A DNA stretch of 64,000 nt from Eledone cirrhosa. Lineage: Eukaryota. A model generated the notes under the pieces. It was not told the origin of the DNA. It searched no databases and saw only the letters and a program-made list of their open reading frames with translations. Both the position numbers and the translations under genes were made by a program. The stretch spans positions 110,050,001 through 110,114,000 of the forward strand of contig OZ024744.1 of NCBI GenBank assembly GCA_964016885.1, in the 5' to 3' direction. Shown piece after piece: positions 41,300 to 59,501 of the stretch. Position 1 is the first letter of the stretch, and each line of letters starts with the position of its first letter.

Positions 41300-44200
41300 A
41301 TGTTGTAGCTCTAGTTCACTAGCTACTATGGAGCGCTTGCCACACATATCGGCGTAAATATCCTTTGTTGCCATCACCAACAAAGACACGGACACCAACA
41401 TCAAAAACAGCCGGACCACCACCAACAAGGGGAAAACGAGGAAAGCTCTCCCACTCCCCCTAACCCCCCCCCCCAATTATACACATAGACAAAACAATAA
41501 ACGCACACACAGACACAGAGACACTCACAGCCACAGATCCTTTGTCTTCCAGCAACGAAGATGAAGGAAAACCCAAAAAGTGCAAAAAGAAAACCAGAGA
41601 AAACTCACCAAAAAAAAAAAAGCCCCAACAAAACACAAAAACATACACAACAAAAAATACAAACACCACTAACGCAAACACTTCCCCAATAACATCAGCA
41701 CCAACAGCAACATCGACACCACCCCACAATCCCCGAAACGCAAACAACCTAAACAAACACAAGTACAAATAAACACACAAATACCTGAAATTGCAGACAC
41801 CACACCTACAACAAACACAGACATACCCGAAACAACACCACTAAAACCATCACCACCACAGTCACCAAAACGAAAACAAATAAAACCACACCAACAAAAT
41901 TTTAAAAACTTCGTGCTTGTCAGAAGGGCCAACGATAAACTGATGGCTTTTTTAGCACGAAGCGAGGACATTCAACCAGAGGGGGAGATTTTTGAAATGA
42001 GTTAATTTTGCGTGCCAGAAGATTTGCTTCTGGTCCGAATGTCACTCGATTCCTTCAAAGAAATTCGGGAGAGCTTTCCTCAAGACGTGGGAACCCCGAA
42101 TGTGAAACCCACATCGAGACTTTTAAAGGAGTTCCCAAAAGAAACCCCACCAACCATAAGGGTCGAACCACCCGACCTTCACAAGACCCCGGGAGGTAAG
42201 TAAACCTTCCCTCTCTCTTTTAGCTTGCCAACATGGCCATATTAAGAGTAGGAAGTTTAAATGTTCGCGGCCTGGGGTCATCCTGGAAGCAGGGTCGCCT
42301 GCTCAACGGCCTCAGGTCTCTGGAAATGAATGTGTCAGCGAGACCAGAATTTCCGACGCGCGGGCACTAGCCCCCATTTTCGACGACTATCAGATCTTCG
42401 CATCTGTTAGCAGGCCGGGAATAGGAGATGGGGTCGATCTTCCGGGACCCGGACGGTAAGTTGCTGGTCTTGGATGTGAGCAGTAGCGAAGGTAGTGCCT
42501 TTAGACTGCTGGCCGACTACTGAGGCCGGACGACCGGACTTCTTTAGGCGCCTGGAGACCTTTCTTGGGTACGTCTCGCCCTTTACTATTAGCGGGGGAC
42601 TGGAATGGCATCTTAGACGCACGCAGGGATTGTGTGGGAGTAGCTGATAGGAGCGGGGGGTGGAAAAGCCTCAAGCACCTACTCAGCCAGTTCCAACTGT
42701 CTGACAGGTATCGACTAGATTTCTGCAATGTGCCAGTATGGACATGGACCAACCGAATGGGGTCATCTAGATCGTATATAAACAGGATCTTCATTAGGAA
42801 AATAGATAGAAATAGTGTGGGCTGCCCACTTTTTAAAACGGTCGCCTATTTAGATCACAAATTTTTGATCTGTATGGTCGACCTAGATAAAACGCGTAGG
42901 TTGGGACCGGGTTACTGGAAGCTGAACATGTCATTTCTGGCACGTAAGGCTTACAGGGACCGAGTCAAGAATTTAGTTAAGTAAAGGTTGACAGGGGGGG
43001 ATCATCAACAACAGTTGGTGGGGGCTCTCAAAAGAGAGATTAGAATATCGTCGATACAGTTCAGCAAAGAACTAGCGTTAGAAAAAAATAGAAAGGAGGG
43101 GGAGCTGGTAGATAAGTTAGACGAGGCTGTTTGTAGTGGCATTGCAACTGACGTGCTAGCGGCGAGAATGGCATTAGACCATTTCTTCAATACGAAACAA
43201 GAAGGTTGCATTGTCAGAGCTAAGGCGCGTGCGCTGAGAAACGAGGAAACCAAAGCTGTTCGATGGGCCCACGTGGCGGAGGCGCATCGAGGTAATAAAA
43301 CCACAATTAGGTCTTTGGACCGAGACGGACACGAGATAAGCGATTCCAAGCGAAGCGGATGTGTGAGGCCTTTCGCCAGCACTTTGCTCGGTTGTTCGGG
43401 GAGAGTGGCAGGTCAGAGAGTGTAGCGGATTTCAGTCCCTACCTTGACGGCTTGCCGCGCATCTCGACGGTCGACACTGAGCGCTGCGAAAGCCCGATTA
43501 CTTCAGCCGAAATTCAGGACGCCCTTGTCGGCTGCATGAGGCGCAAGTCACCCGGTTTGGATGGCCTGCCCTACGAGCTTTACGTAAATATGCCAGACTT
43601 GTTCTCTGATCTCCTCGAAGCGCTCTACTGCAACTGGCAGCAGAATGGGAGTATTCCCAGTTCTGTGAGCAGGGGAGTGGTGACGCTGATAAGGAAAGAC
43701 GAGAACAAGAGGGATACATTAGACAACTTCAGGCCCATAACTCAGCTCAACACAGAGTCTAAGATTTTGGCCAAGGTGTTAGCAAAGAGATTGGCGCTTG
43801 TCCTCGAGAATTTGGTTGGGGAGGCGCAAACTTGCGCAATCCCAGCCAGGTCCATACACGACAATCTCCACCTCATGCGATACATCATAGAGAGGGTAGG
43901 GTGTAAACCAGGCTTCGGTTGGGCACTGATCAATTTAGATCAATCGAAAGCATTCGATAGGGTCGACCATCGGTATCTGGAGTTTGTCCTCAAAGCAGCT
44001 GGCTTCGGCCCTGTCTTCAGAAGCTGGATTGCTGCAATGCACAGCGGCACATGCTCGGTGGTCAAGGTTAATGGCCACCTCTCGGAACCATTTCGGCTCT
44101 CCCGATCGCTCCGTCAAGGGTGCCCTCTCTCTTCCCTTCTGTACGTATTGACTCTCGAGCCTTTACTGCGGAAGCTGGAGCTGTTGCAAGGCATCCCGCT

Positions 44201-45890
44201 CGAACCGGGACGTGGAAAGGCGATGTCGGCTTATGCGGACGACATCACCGTGATGGTGTCGAACACCTCAGAAATCGAGGTGGTCGGCACCTTATTGAAG
44301 GAATATGAAAGGTTGACAGGAGCCAAACTTAACCCGGAAAAGTCAGTGGGCTTGCAGCTCGGAACCTGGAGAGGCAAGCCCATGCCGTCCAACAGCGTCG
44401 TGGGGCGCTGGACGGACGGACCGGCAAAGTTGCTCGGGGTTTGGTTCGGACAAGACCTCCAGGTGGAAAAGAATTGGGACGAGGTAACGAGCAGAGTAGC
44501 CAGTCTCACCCCAAAATGGGCTGGGAGGAAGCTATCACTGAAAGGTCGCGCGGAGGTGACGAATGCGTACATCGCGTTCGTCATCTACTACCGCCTAACC
44601 GTTGTGCCTTGCCCCGTCCGCGCCTCGTCAAGTTGGAACGGCTCCTCTTCAAATTCTTGTGGAGGGGACAAGTACCGTTGGTGAGGCGGTCCATCTGCTG
44701 CCAGCACCCTCTACGCGGAGGGCTGGGCATGTCGTGGCTAATGATGCGCAGGCATGCGTTGAGGCTGCGACATCTCCAGATATTCTGCCTCAACGGTGAA
44801 CAGGTGTGGTCGCCGTTTATCAGACGGGCCTTTCCGCAGCTCCTTTCTTTGACTGAACTGCAGTCCTGGGTCAAGAAGAGACCGAGACTGGGTGACTGGC
44901 ACCTGGAATGTTGCCAGGCTCTCACTGCGGGCAATGCGATCAGTGGAACTTCCACTCTCGAGTTCTATAGAGAATTAGTGGTGGGCAAGTGCGATGACGC
45001 ACTCGGAGAGGCTTTGGGCCTCGACGAAGTCGAACTGACCAGTCAGTACCGGAGGACTTTCGACCTGGGGACGATGGACAATTTCTAGAAATTCCTCGCT
45101 TGGCAGTGGTACCGGGGGCACTGCCGGTTTGGGATAAACTCTCCAGGCACGGAAGTGCTGTCAGACGGACCTGCCAAAGATGCGCAGAGAGCGACGAAAC
45201 CGTTCTGCACGCACTTGTCCAATGTCCGTGAATTACTGACTTGTGGAGTTATGTCGAACCCTACTGTCGCGTGTGGAACGGATCCGGCTATCGGCCGAGA
45301 CCATAGTGAAGATCGACCCGCCGCCTTCCTTAGGTCAGGAAGAGCAGGAAATTTTCCTCTGTCTGGTGGCAGTTGCGAAAGAGGTTATATGGTGGACCAG
45401 ATTAAAAGGACTGAAGACAGACACTTTTCTCTTCGGCCAATCCCTCATCAACTTCTTCAAGTTTCACCTGGAAAGGAAGGTGAAACTGGAGAGATAAGTG
45501 CTGCCCCCCCCCCCCCCTCCCCCCCTCCCAGTACATTTGCTAAAAGGTGGGTGAATGTGGCGAGAATGGCTCGTGTGAATGGGCCTACTCTGACCCTGCG
45601 CCTATAGGCTAGCTAACTTGAGGAGAGGGGTGCCTCCCTGGGTGCCCTAGAAGTGCAGGGTGGTTCAGGATGGGTGGGGTACCTGAGTCACCCCTGAGTC
45701 GTCCACCCCCTATAAGGGAATTTATTTTGTTATATTTATGCATAGTTTATTTTATATTTTTATATCTTCATTGTTAAATTAGTCTTGCCATTGTGCACTT
45801 TTACTCCACCTTATTGTAAACCCCCACTGTCCCTGTCTTTGTATTGTCCCCTACATGTCGGCCCTTGTGTCTAATAAATGAAATTATTAT
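41300..45890 (+). mobile_element. Tx1/L1-clade non-LTR retrotransposon (degenerate ORF1 remnant; APE + RT + Cys/His tail with frameshifts)
   Basis: ATG at 42233 gives MAILRVGSLNVRG. Also AGDWNGILD, YLDH, GPGYWKLN, KSPGLDGLPYE, NFRPITQLN, LDQSKAFDRVDH, QGCPLS and AYADD; 3' AATAAA plus (ATT) tail. The 5' boundary is approximate. Confidence 0.9.
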
Positions 45891-47427
45891 TAACGGGATC
45901 TTAGATGCATGCTGGGACTGTGTGGGATTAGTGGATAGGGGAGGAGGGTGCAAGAGCCTCACCAACCTGCTCAAGCGTTTTGAACTGTCTGATAGGTACC
46001 GATTGGATTTCCCGAATGTGCCAATGTGGACTTGGACAAACCGCATATGGTCATCCAGATCATATCTAGATAGAGTATTTTGTAGGGAAATAGATAGGTC
46101 TAGCATAAGCTGTCCACAATTCAAGATAGTTAACTACACGGACCACACATTCCTGATCTGTGTGGTTGACTTAGATAGGCTTCATAGACAAGGACTCGGC
46201 TACTGGAAGCTAAACGCGTCATTATCAGCGCGCAAGGCCTACAGAGACCGGAGTAGCAAACTAGTTAAGCGAGCGTTAACGGGGGCCATCGTCAACAACA
46301 AGTGGTGGTTTGCTCTGAAAAGAGCGATTAGAACAGAGTCCATTAGGTTTAGTAAGGCTTTAGCAATAGAGAAAAATAGAGCAGATGGAGAACTAGTTAG
46401 AAAATTAGACGAGGGGCTTAGCAAAAGCATCGCGACCGACGTACTTGCGGCGAAATTGGCCCTTGACCAATTCTTCAATGCAAAGCACGAAGGCTGCGTT
46501 GTTAGAGCTAGGGTGGATGCTCTCAGACACGCGGGGACGAAAGCCGTTCAATGGGCCCGAGCAACGGAGGCGCGTCGTGGCGACAAAGCCACGATCCGGT
46601 CTTTGGTGGATCACGGCGGGCGCATGCTACTCGATCCCGGGCAAATGTGTGAAGCTTTTCAGTGACACTTCTCTCAGCTCTTCGGGGGCAGCGGCGGGCC
46701 GGATTGAAAGATGGACTTTAGTGTCAACCTCGACGGACTGCCGCGGCTCTCGGCCACTGAGGCGGAGTGTTGCGAAAAGCCGATAACAGCAGCTGAAGTA
46801 CGGGAGGCAATAACTGGCTGCACAAGGGGTAAATCGCCTGGTTTGGATGGTCTGCCCTATGAACTTTACGTACAGATGCCAGACTTGTTCGGAGGCCTCT
46901 TGGCGGACGTCTAGTGCAACTGGCAACAGAACGGGAGAATTACCAGCTCTGTGAGCCGAGGAGCTGTGGCACTGCTGAAAAAGAATCCGAACAAGGGGGA
47001 TAACATAGATAATTTCAGGCCCATAACTCTGCTAAACACAGAGTTCAAGATTTTGGCCAAGGTGCTAGCAAAGAGGTTGGCGCTTGTCGTTGGTGGTCTG
47101 GTGGGAGAGGCGCAGACGTGCGCCATTCCCGACAGATCCATCCACGACAACCTCCACCTCATGCGATACATCGTGGAGAGGGTAGCTAGGGAACCTGGCA
47201 CGGGTGGGTCCTTGATCAATTTAGATCAGTCGAAAGCTTTCGATAGGGTCGACCATCGTTATCTGGCGGCAGTCCTGCGGGCGGCTGGCTTTGGGCCCGT
47301 CATCAGAGGCTGGATCGCTGCCAATCACAGCGACATCTGCTCCGTGATGAGAGTGAACGGTCACCTTTCGGAACCGTTCAACATCATGCGCTCGGTCGGC
47401 CAACGATGTCCCCACTCGTCCCTCGTG
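45891..47427 (+). mobile_element. Second, diverged Tx1/L1-like LINE fragment (mid-APE to RT motif 4)
   Basis: NGILDA, GYWKLN, GKSPGLDGLPYE, NFRPITLLN and LDQSKAFDRVDH, with internal stops. Confidence 0.9.
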
Positions 47428-50240
47428 TGGATCTCTAAATTCAGTTTTCTCAAAAGAAGATACTATGAAGGGATTTTTCAGGAAGGTTGCTCTTCCTCCT
47501 TGTTGTTATTTCCTCCTTGGACATCCCCTGGTCTATTGTTCTCTCCTTCAGTACAATTCTGAGCATTGGCTCCTTACTATCAGTCATGTATTTGTGCAGG
47601 TTGTTTTTCTCCATCTGAACACAGTCCTCTATGCTGATAAGACCTCTTCCACCCTCAGATCTCTTTAAGTAGGGTCTATTGACATCACTCCTCATGTTGT
47701 AGATAGTCAATAGCTTCCTAGTCTTCTTATCCATTTCTTTTTGTTCAGCAACATTCCATCTCAGAATTCCCGCACTGTACCTAATAATAGACACAGCTCG
47801 GGAATTTACTGCACTTATGGCATTCCTACTGTTCAGATGTGACTTTAATACGCTCCTTACTCTCCGAATGTATTCAGATCTTATCAATTCCTTCATTTTT
47901 TTGTTCTTGATGTCATCAGCCTCCAGAACACCGAAATACTTGTATCCTTCTTCAGTGTCAATTTCCTTTATCATCTCACCTGTTGGTACCTGGATTCCGT
48001 TGCTTCTGCTCAATTTAACCCTCTTCATCACAATGACTCCACAATTACTAATACCAAATTGCATACATATATCATTGCTGAAAATAAGGACAGTGTCAAC
48101 AAGCACATCCAACTCCTCACTCTTCCTGAAGAGCTTAAGATCGTCCACGAAGAGGAGGTGATTGATGGTAAGCTCTCCCTTGCCCAACTTGTATCCTGCT
48201 CTAACTTTTCGCAGTATAATGGTCAGAGGCATCAGGGCAAGGACAAACAACAGAGGGGACAGACTATCTCCCTGGAAGATACCTCTCTTGATCTTCACGC
48301 CTCCCACGGATTCTCCAGCTGATGTTAACTCTGTTTTCCAGGACTTCATACTTTTGCCCAACAACTGTCTGGTGTTATCTGCCACCTTGAAGATCTCTAG
48401 GCTTTTGGTGATCCAAGAATGAGGCACCATGTCAAATGCCTTTTTGTAGTCTATCCACCCCATGGCAAGACCAGTGTGTTTCCTCTTGCAATTCCTCATT
48501 ACCATCTTATCAATAAGTAACTGGTCCTTTGTACCACGGGACTTCGGCATCCTTTCTGTTCGTCCGGTAACAAGTTGTTTGAGTGGAGCTGATGGTAGAT
48601 TTCTTCGGACATAATGCTTGTCAACAGTTTCCACATTACGGACAGACATGTGATAGGTCTATAGTTGGTAACATCATTACCCTTGATTCGGTCTTTCATT
48701 ACCAGAACTGTGGTGCCTTTTGTCAACCACTCTGGTACCTCACCTGACATCAAGCAGTCATTGAACATGGTTGTCAGTTTCGGGTGGAGGGATGTTATAT
48801 TTTTAATCCAATACCCCTGCACACCATCTGGGCCAGGTGATTTCCAGTTGGTTAGTTTTTTGGCCTGCCCCTTAAGAGTTTCAACTGTGATACTCAAATC
48901 AGTTTGTTGGTGTGCCTGTTCACTAATCTCCTTTTGTACTGTTTCAATCCGCACTGCCTGGTCATTATGTTTAACATCCTGCTCCCATATTCTTCTCCAG
49001 AATGTCTTAGTTTGTTCCGCCTCAGGGATCAAGTCGTTGCCTCTTTCTTTCCCTTCAAGCTGTCCAAACAGCATCTTCTAGTTATTGTCAAACATGCGGT
49101 TCGGTTTATACTGACTGACTCTGTTCTCGTATCGCCTAATTTTTGCACTCTTTGCTACAATGCGTTTTTCAGTTCCTCTATGATAATATTTAGCTTTTTG
49201 CTCCTAGTTTTGTACTTTATTTCCAGTCTATTTTTAGTGTCTATGTTTTTTAGTGTCCCATTCAGTAGGGACTCAAGCTTTCCAATGTCATTTCTCATTT
49301 CCCTGATTTGACCATTCAGTCGTTTCTTCCACCAAGGTTCTGATCTTTCTTGTTTGTTGTTTCCTCTCGCTTTTATGCCAAGTAATTTCCTCACCGCATT
49401 TGCTGTTGCTTTCAGGATATTGTTGCACTGGTGACGGCTCCTCGCCTCAAGGTATGGGATGACTTTGTTTACCTTAGCTGTTGTTTCTTTTAACTTTTTC
49501 CTGTCTACAAATCTTAGGTTCATAGGTTTTCCACTATCACTGTTCATTTCATCTACCACTAAGTTTAGGATATCAACCAAATCTTGTCCTAACCCGTCAG
49601 CATTCATCTCCTCAATGGCCGTATCTTTGTTCCAGGTATTATTTATTTCAGCATTCAGATCATTGTCTGCTTCGGATGGTTCCTCCGTTCTCTCAACCTC
49701 TTCACCTTCATTTCCCACTGGCTCGTTTGCCTGGCATACTCCAATCTCCATTTCCAACCTAATCTCTCTGCTCAGTTCCTCCAGTTCCAGCTCGCTTATC
49801 CACCCATTAGTTCTTATTACCCGAGCCTGCCCGGCCAATTTTTGTTCATCTAATTTAAATAGACCAATCTCGTTCCAGATGTTATGCATCCGATTCCTAT
49901 AGACTTTTTCCTTGGGGTTACTCTTCAGGTAACATTGCATAACAGTTCTATTCAATTCTTTCGTCCAGTTGGTTCTGGTCCCTTTCCTTCTTCTTCTTCT
50001 TCCTCCGACACCAGCAGTATTTGGTTGTCAGCCAGGTCCCTGCTGCTGAGCCAGGGAGCACCTGCTGGGTGAGAGTCTGTCACATGACATTCCAGTCTCC
50101 ACTTCACCGTTATTCGAACTGTTTAGGTTCGACATTTAAACACTCTTATCGAGGATTGGTGAATATATGGTTACATAACCACCGGTGATTTCATCACCTC
50201 CGGTGATTTGATCACCCTCGGTGATTTTAGTGTGGCACTA
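47428..50240 (-). mobile_element. Degenerate R4/Dong-like retrotransposon, 3' (RLE) end missing
   Basis: [61 protein letters not shown] and [10 protein letters not shown], split over three frames. Confidence 0.9.
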
Positions 50241-51055
50241 TCACGCTGTAGACGAACATAAATAAACAAACAAACAAATAGGTAAACAAAAAAAAACCAA
50301 AAGAAAAAGCATAAGTTTCATTGTAATGTAATGTTTGAATGTCTGACTTAGTTTTTTTTTTGCTCCTTCTCTGTCTGTCTGTTTGTTTTTCTTTTCATTT
50401 TTCTTTTCTTTACGTTTTTCGTTGTTGCTGTGCTGTTTTGATTTTGATTTTTGGTTTTTTGACCGGGTCATCAAATCAGTCTATTTATATCTTTTGATGC
50501 CTTCCTCTTTTAGTGGGGGTACTACGATGTATGTCTTAGCAGGAGGTAGTGGAAGAGAATAGCGGCGCTAGCGATAATGAGGCAGTAGTGGTGGTGGTGG
50601 TGGTGGTCTGTGCTAGTAGTACTTAGCAGGAAGTAGTGGGAGAGAATAGCGGCGGTAGCGATAATGAGGCAGTGGTGGTGGTGATGTGATCGTAGTACTG
50701 TAGTGATGATGGTGTTGAAGTTGAAGTAGAAATAATTGAGGTAACTTGACTAGAGTTTTTGACGTGGTAGTGGTGATGGTGGCGGTGGTGGTGTTGGTGG
50801 TGAAATTATTTAGCCATTTTGCCATTTTCCTCTTTTTCGACTATAACATTTCTGATCCAAAATTAAATATTAAATATTGGGGCCCTATGCTGTAACGTGA
50901 TGCGTCGTGGCTTGCTGAGCGTCAAAACTGTAATCTTATACGTCATTTGTAATAAGAATTATTCTATCACAGTTGTTTTAAATAAGTAAAAATCAAAAAC
51001 TTACGGGAGCGATTCCATAACGATATATATCCACCATGTGCGTTTTCTTCCCTTA

Positions 51056-55116
<4,061 letters not shown>

Positions 55117-55189
55117 CTTTTTGTTGTTTTTTTTTAATTGTTATTATCATGAGTGGTTCCTTAATGTGAGCATTGCGTGGCTTAAGAAT

Positions 55190-55250
55190 GAAATTATTAA
55201 TGAGTGTCTCCACTCCAGGCACAAGGCCAGCAATCACCCAGTGCATTACA
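55190..55250 (-). mobile_element. SINE tail fragment
   Basis: ggcacaaggccagcaatcacccagtgcattac is the reverse complement of 27497-27530. Confidence 0.6.
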
Positions 55251-56092
55251 ATAATATAATATACTTTTTGTTGTAGTTGGCTGTTATTGTTGTTGGCTAT
55301 GTCGGTGGTGGTGCCGGGGCTTTTTATATTGTTGGTGAGGAAGGGGTGAGCCAGCAGTCCCATGGTTGTTGATATTGACGTTTGGCCTTGGCCAGGTCAC
55401 TAAGTCAATCTATTTATATCTTTTGCTAGCCTCTCCCTTGTCTAGTGATACCGCCACCTTCCCCTTTCTCTCTCAAGTTAACAGGGGAATAGTGGTGGTA
55501 GCATTGAAGGAGTGGTGGCAGCGGGGAGATGTGGGAGACAGTAGCGGCGGTATCGATACTGAGACAGTGGTGGTGGTGATGTCGACACCGAGGCAGCGGT
55601 GGTGGTGATGTGGTCGTATTACTGTAGTGATGGTGTTGTAGCGGTGGTAGCAATGAAGGAGTGGTGGCGCGGTGATGGGATAGTGGTGGTAATGATGGCA
55701 GTAGTGAGTGGTGGTGGTGAAATTGCCGTTATCTGGCTGTTGTGTTTAGTGTACACAGAGAGGTGATGGGGTAGGTGTTGTATCTAGTTTCTGGTGTTGT
55801 TTGGCTGTTCTATATAGTGTAGACAGAGGAGGGGGGGGGGGGTTCTTCTTCCATTTATAGCCATTTTCTTTTTTGAATATACAATGTACAATACAAAGTT
55901 GAATATTTGAATATTTGAGCCTTATAACAATATATTTTGGTCCGAATTTGTTGGGGCTCAAGCCGGGTGCTTTACGTAGCATTTGTACTAAGAGTTGTTA
56001 TTTCACAAATGATTTAAATATGTTAAAAATTCAAAACTTACGGGAGCGATTTCATGACCTTCCGCCACCTCGTGCGTTTTCTTCCCTTTATC

Positions 56093-56168
<76 letters not shown>

Positions 56169-56298
56169 ATAAATGTGAAGACTAAAATCCGAAGAGGCCT
56201 CGATAAGGTTGATAGTCTCAGAATATCCTGTTAAGGGTGAAGCAGCGATTCTTTGCTTAAACTTTAATCTGTTATTTTAATGAATAAATAAATATATA

Positions 56299-56299
<1 letters not shown>

Positions 56300-56376
<77 letters not shown>

Positions 56377-56387
56377 CGTGCGTGCGC

Positions 56388-56445
<58 letters not shown>
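56300..56445. repeat. (GT)n microsatellite with a GC-alternating core
   Basis: Direct reading. Confidence 0.95.
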
Positions 56446-56447
<2 letters not shown>

Positions 56448-58823
56448 CAGCAGAGGTACCCGGCGATGCCCGAGTATTTTATGAAAGTTACAATATACTT
56501 TAGCACATATTACAACATATTTTATTAATGAAATATGATTGCTGTATTTTAACTAAAGTAGGAATTATAGCAGAGTATTCATTGTCTCTTATTCAAAGCA
56601 AATCATCTAGATAAGAATATTAGTTTTGTCCAGTGCTGTTATTTTATATACTGTTCCCTAGTACAGTCAGCATATATAAAGTTTTGCCCATAGATGAACC
56701 CTTAGGTATGTTGTCAAGGAAAAGGACAGAACTAAAAATACATTTGGATTATTTATTTTTCTTGTGTGTGTGTTTTTCTTTTTTCCTTTTTTTTTTGCAC
56801 AATCAGTATCTCTGAAATTCAACCAACATGTAAAGGCTATTTTTGAAACCATAAATAAAATAAAATTTAAAATAAAGTTACCATTGGTTTACGAATGAAT
56901 GAAACATTTACTTCCTCATTTCTGTAATTAAGGAAAGTAGATCGAGGTATTACATAGAACATCCCCTTTTTGCTTCGTACATATATATGCTATTTCTAAC
57001 AAGTCGAACTAGCTACCACACAAAGATCTCACTTATACTACTTTATACACCAGAGATACCTAGGAATGTCTGTATATTCTTCCAAAGTAACACTATGCAG
57101 TAAAGTTGCAACTTCAGAATTCCTTACAAACTATATGACTAAGGAAATAATATCTATTGTCATTGAATGAGGAATTACGATATTGCTCATTCTAAAGCCT
57201 CTGGATAAACAACATTCTTGGTTTTGTCCTGTGGTGCTACAACGAAGAGACAGGGTTTCCAACCCTTGTATTGTACCAACATAGAGTTGACCATGTGAAA
57301 AAACAGGATCTGCCAGGTTCAATCCAACACCTTTCAATGATTGCCCTTGAGATTTATTGATGGTTGTGGAAAAACTGAGTCTGATAGGAAATTGAAGTCT
57401 TTGAAATTCAAATGGCAAATCAGTTGTCTTCACAGGTATTCTGGAAATGAAACAATTGTCACCTGCAAAGTTTCCTGACATCATTGTGACGTCTAGGACA
57501 TTGGGCATCATATTTTTAATGATGTGTCTTGTGCCATTGAAAAGTTTTGGAGGAGCCAGATTACGAAGTAACATTACCGATGTTCCAAGCTTCAGTATCA
57601 GGTTGTGTGAAGGAATTCCTGCTAGTTCAAGACTGTTCAAACAAATTCAATTGGATAGTTTACAACCTGGTCTTGGGAAGTGATTGTGTCAACTAATTTG
57701 TAGCATCTTTTCTCTCCTGGTAACATGTCCAGTAGCCTTCTGTTGATTTCATTCACATCAACATTTTTCGGTGCTAAGATTGTTCGTTCCCAGATATATT
57801 TGGGATCATATTGTCTGATCTGAATGTTTGGAACCACTCTGGCAATCAGTTCTTGTTCTTTTTCACTGATATGGCCAAATGACAACTGAATCCGGTCTTT
57901 GGGAGCCTTTTCAAGTAGTCCTTTTACTAATTTAAGTAGTTGGATGGCAAACTCACTGACACCTTCATCACCAGTCAAGTGCACGTTAATATTCGTTGTA
58001 AGGCTCAGCCACTGAAAGTGGGGCCAGAGATAGGATGTTTTCAGACAGGCATTGACCTTATCAGCTCGGATTCCACGGGGAATTACAGGCTGAGTTTGTC
58101 TGAAATCACCAGCAAGAACCATTGTCACTCTTCCCATTATGCAAGTATTTTCTCTTAGATCCCTTATTGTCTGGTCCAAAGTTCAATTGCCTGTGTATGG
58201 TTCATGGTGGCTTCATCCCAAATTATCTTCTTGTATGTTTACAGAAGCTTACTCTTGGGTGAGTTCTTGATGTTGTAAAAAGATTGTTCATATCATGTGA
58301 GGTCTAAGGACAGCTTAAACATGGAGTGTCAGTTCTTATCCACCCAGAAGTGCTGCTGCAATTCCACCTGAAGCCACGGCAAAGGAAATATGTTGCTTTT
58401 GGTGAACTTTTGCAAGCAGGGGGTTTATGAAGAATGTCTTACCTGTGCTAGCAGGAGCATCGATGAAGACAAGTCCTCCCCTGTCATTTTGAATGTTTTC
58501 CATGATGTGGTAGGCATGTTCCTGGTCATCCACCTATTGAGGTTCACTTTTATTCACAAACTTACGAAATGCTTCAATTTTTTGGTTTGTCTCCTGAAAA
58601 ACTTATTGTGCTACCACTACTTCATCTGGCTCTGCCTCCTACAGTGCTGTTCATTGCCTAGACTCGATGGGACAGGTCGCAGAGAGCTTAACTGTTAATC
58701 CTGGAGGTATTCCATATACATATTGCCATGTCTTTGGCCTAGGTGTAGATAGTTGTCCGACATATTGTTTTTGTATAGATGAGCTTTATCAATTCCACAT
58801 GTTGTAAGTATAGTAACAAGCAA

Positions 58824-59501
58824 CTGTCTTATTTGACTGGTCACTCCAGTGACTGCTGCTTCTTCTCGTCTCTTTTTCCTACGTCAGTTGTCATGCAGGA
58901 GTCCATGGCTGTCTTATTTGACTGGTTACTCCAGTGACTGCTGTTTCTTCTCGTCTCTTCTTCCTATGTCAGTTGTCATGCAGGAGTCCATAGCTGTCTT
59001 ATTTGACTGGTTACTCCAGTGACTGCTGCTTCTTCTCGTCTCTTCTTCCTACGTCAGTTGTCATGCAGGCGTCCATAGCTGTCTTATTTAACTGGTTACT
59101 CCAGTGACTGCTGCTTCTTCTCGTCTCTTCTTCCTATGTCAATTGTCATGCACGAGTCCATGGCTGTCTTATTTGACTGGTTACTCCAGTGACTGCTGCT
59201 TCTTCTCGTCTCTTCTTCCTACGTCAGTTGTCATGCAGGCGTCCATAGCTGTCTTATTTAACTGGTTACTCCAGTGACTGCTGCTTCTTCTCGTCTCTTC
59301 TTCCTATGTCAATTGTCATGCACGAGTCCATGGCTGTCTTATTTGACTGGTTACTCCAGTGACTGCTGCTTCTTCTCGTCTCTTCTTCCTATGTCAATTG
59401 TCATGCAGGAGTCCATGGCTGTCTTATTTGACTGGTTACTCCAGTGACTGCTGTTTCTTCTCGTCTCTTCTTCCTACGTCAGTTGTCTTGCAGGAGTCCA
59501 T
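58824..59501. repeat. 85-bp tandem repeat x8 inside the Helitron coding region
   Basis: ctgtcttattt recurs at 58824, 58909, 58994, 59079, 59164, 59249, 59334 and 59419. Confidence 0.95.

Noticed and set aside
42196-42223. GTAAGT...polypyrimidine...TTTAG mini-intron between LINE ORF1 and ORF2
   Set aside because: Only 28 nt, and splicing would not fuse either upstream open frame to the ORF2 ATG.
56190-56230. CCGAAGA-GGCCT..AGGTT-GATA hammerhead-like motif
   Set aside because: Two core mismatches and no stem I.
57131-58533. Host PIF1 helicase gene
   Set aside because: Frameshifted, linked to HUH Rep motifs and a Helitron 3' hairpin/CTRR end; transposon-derived.
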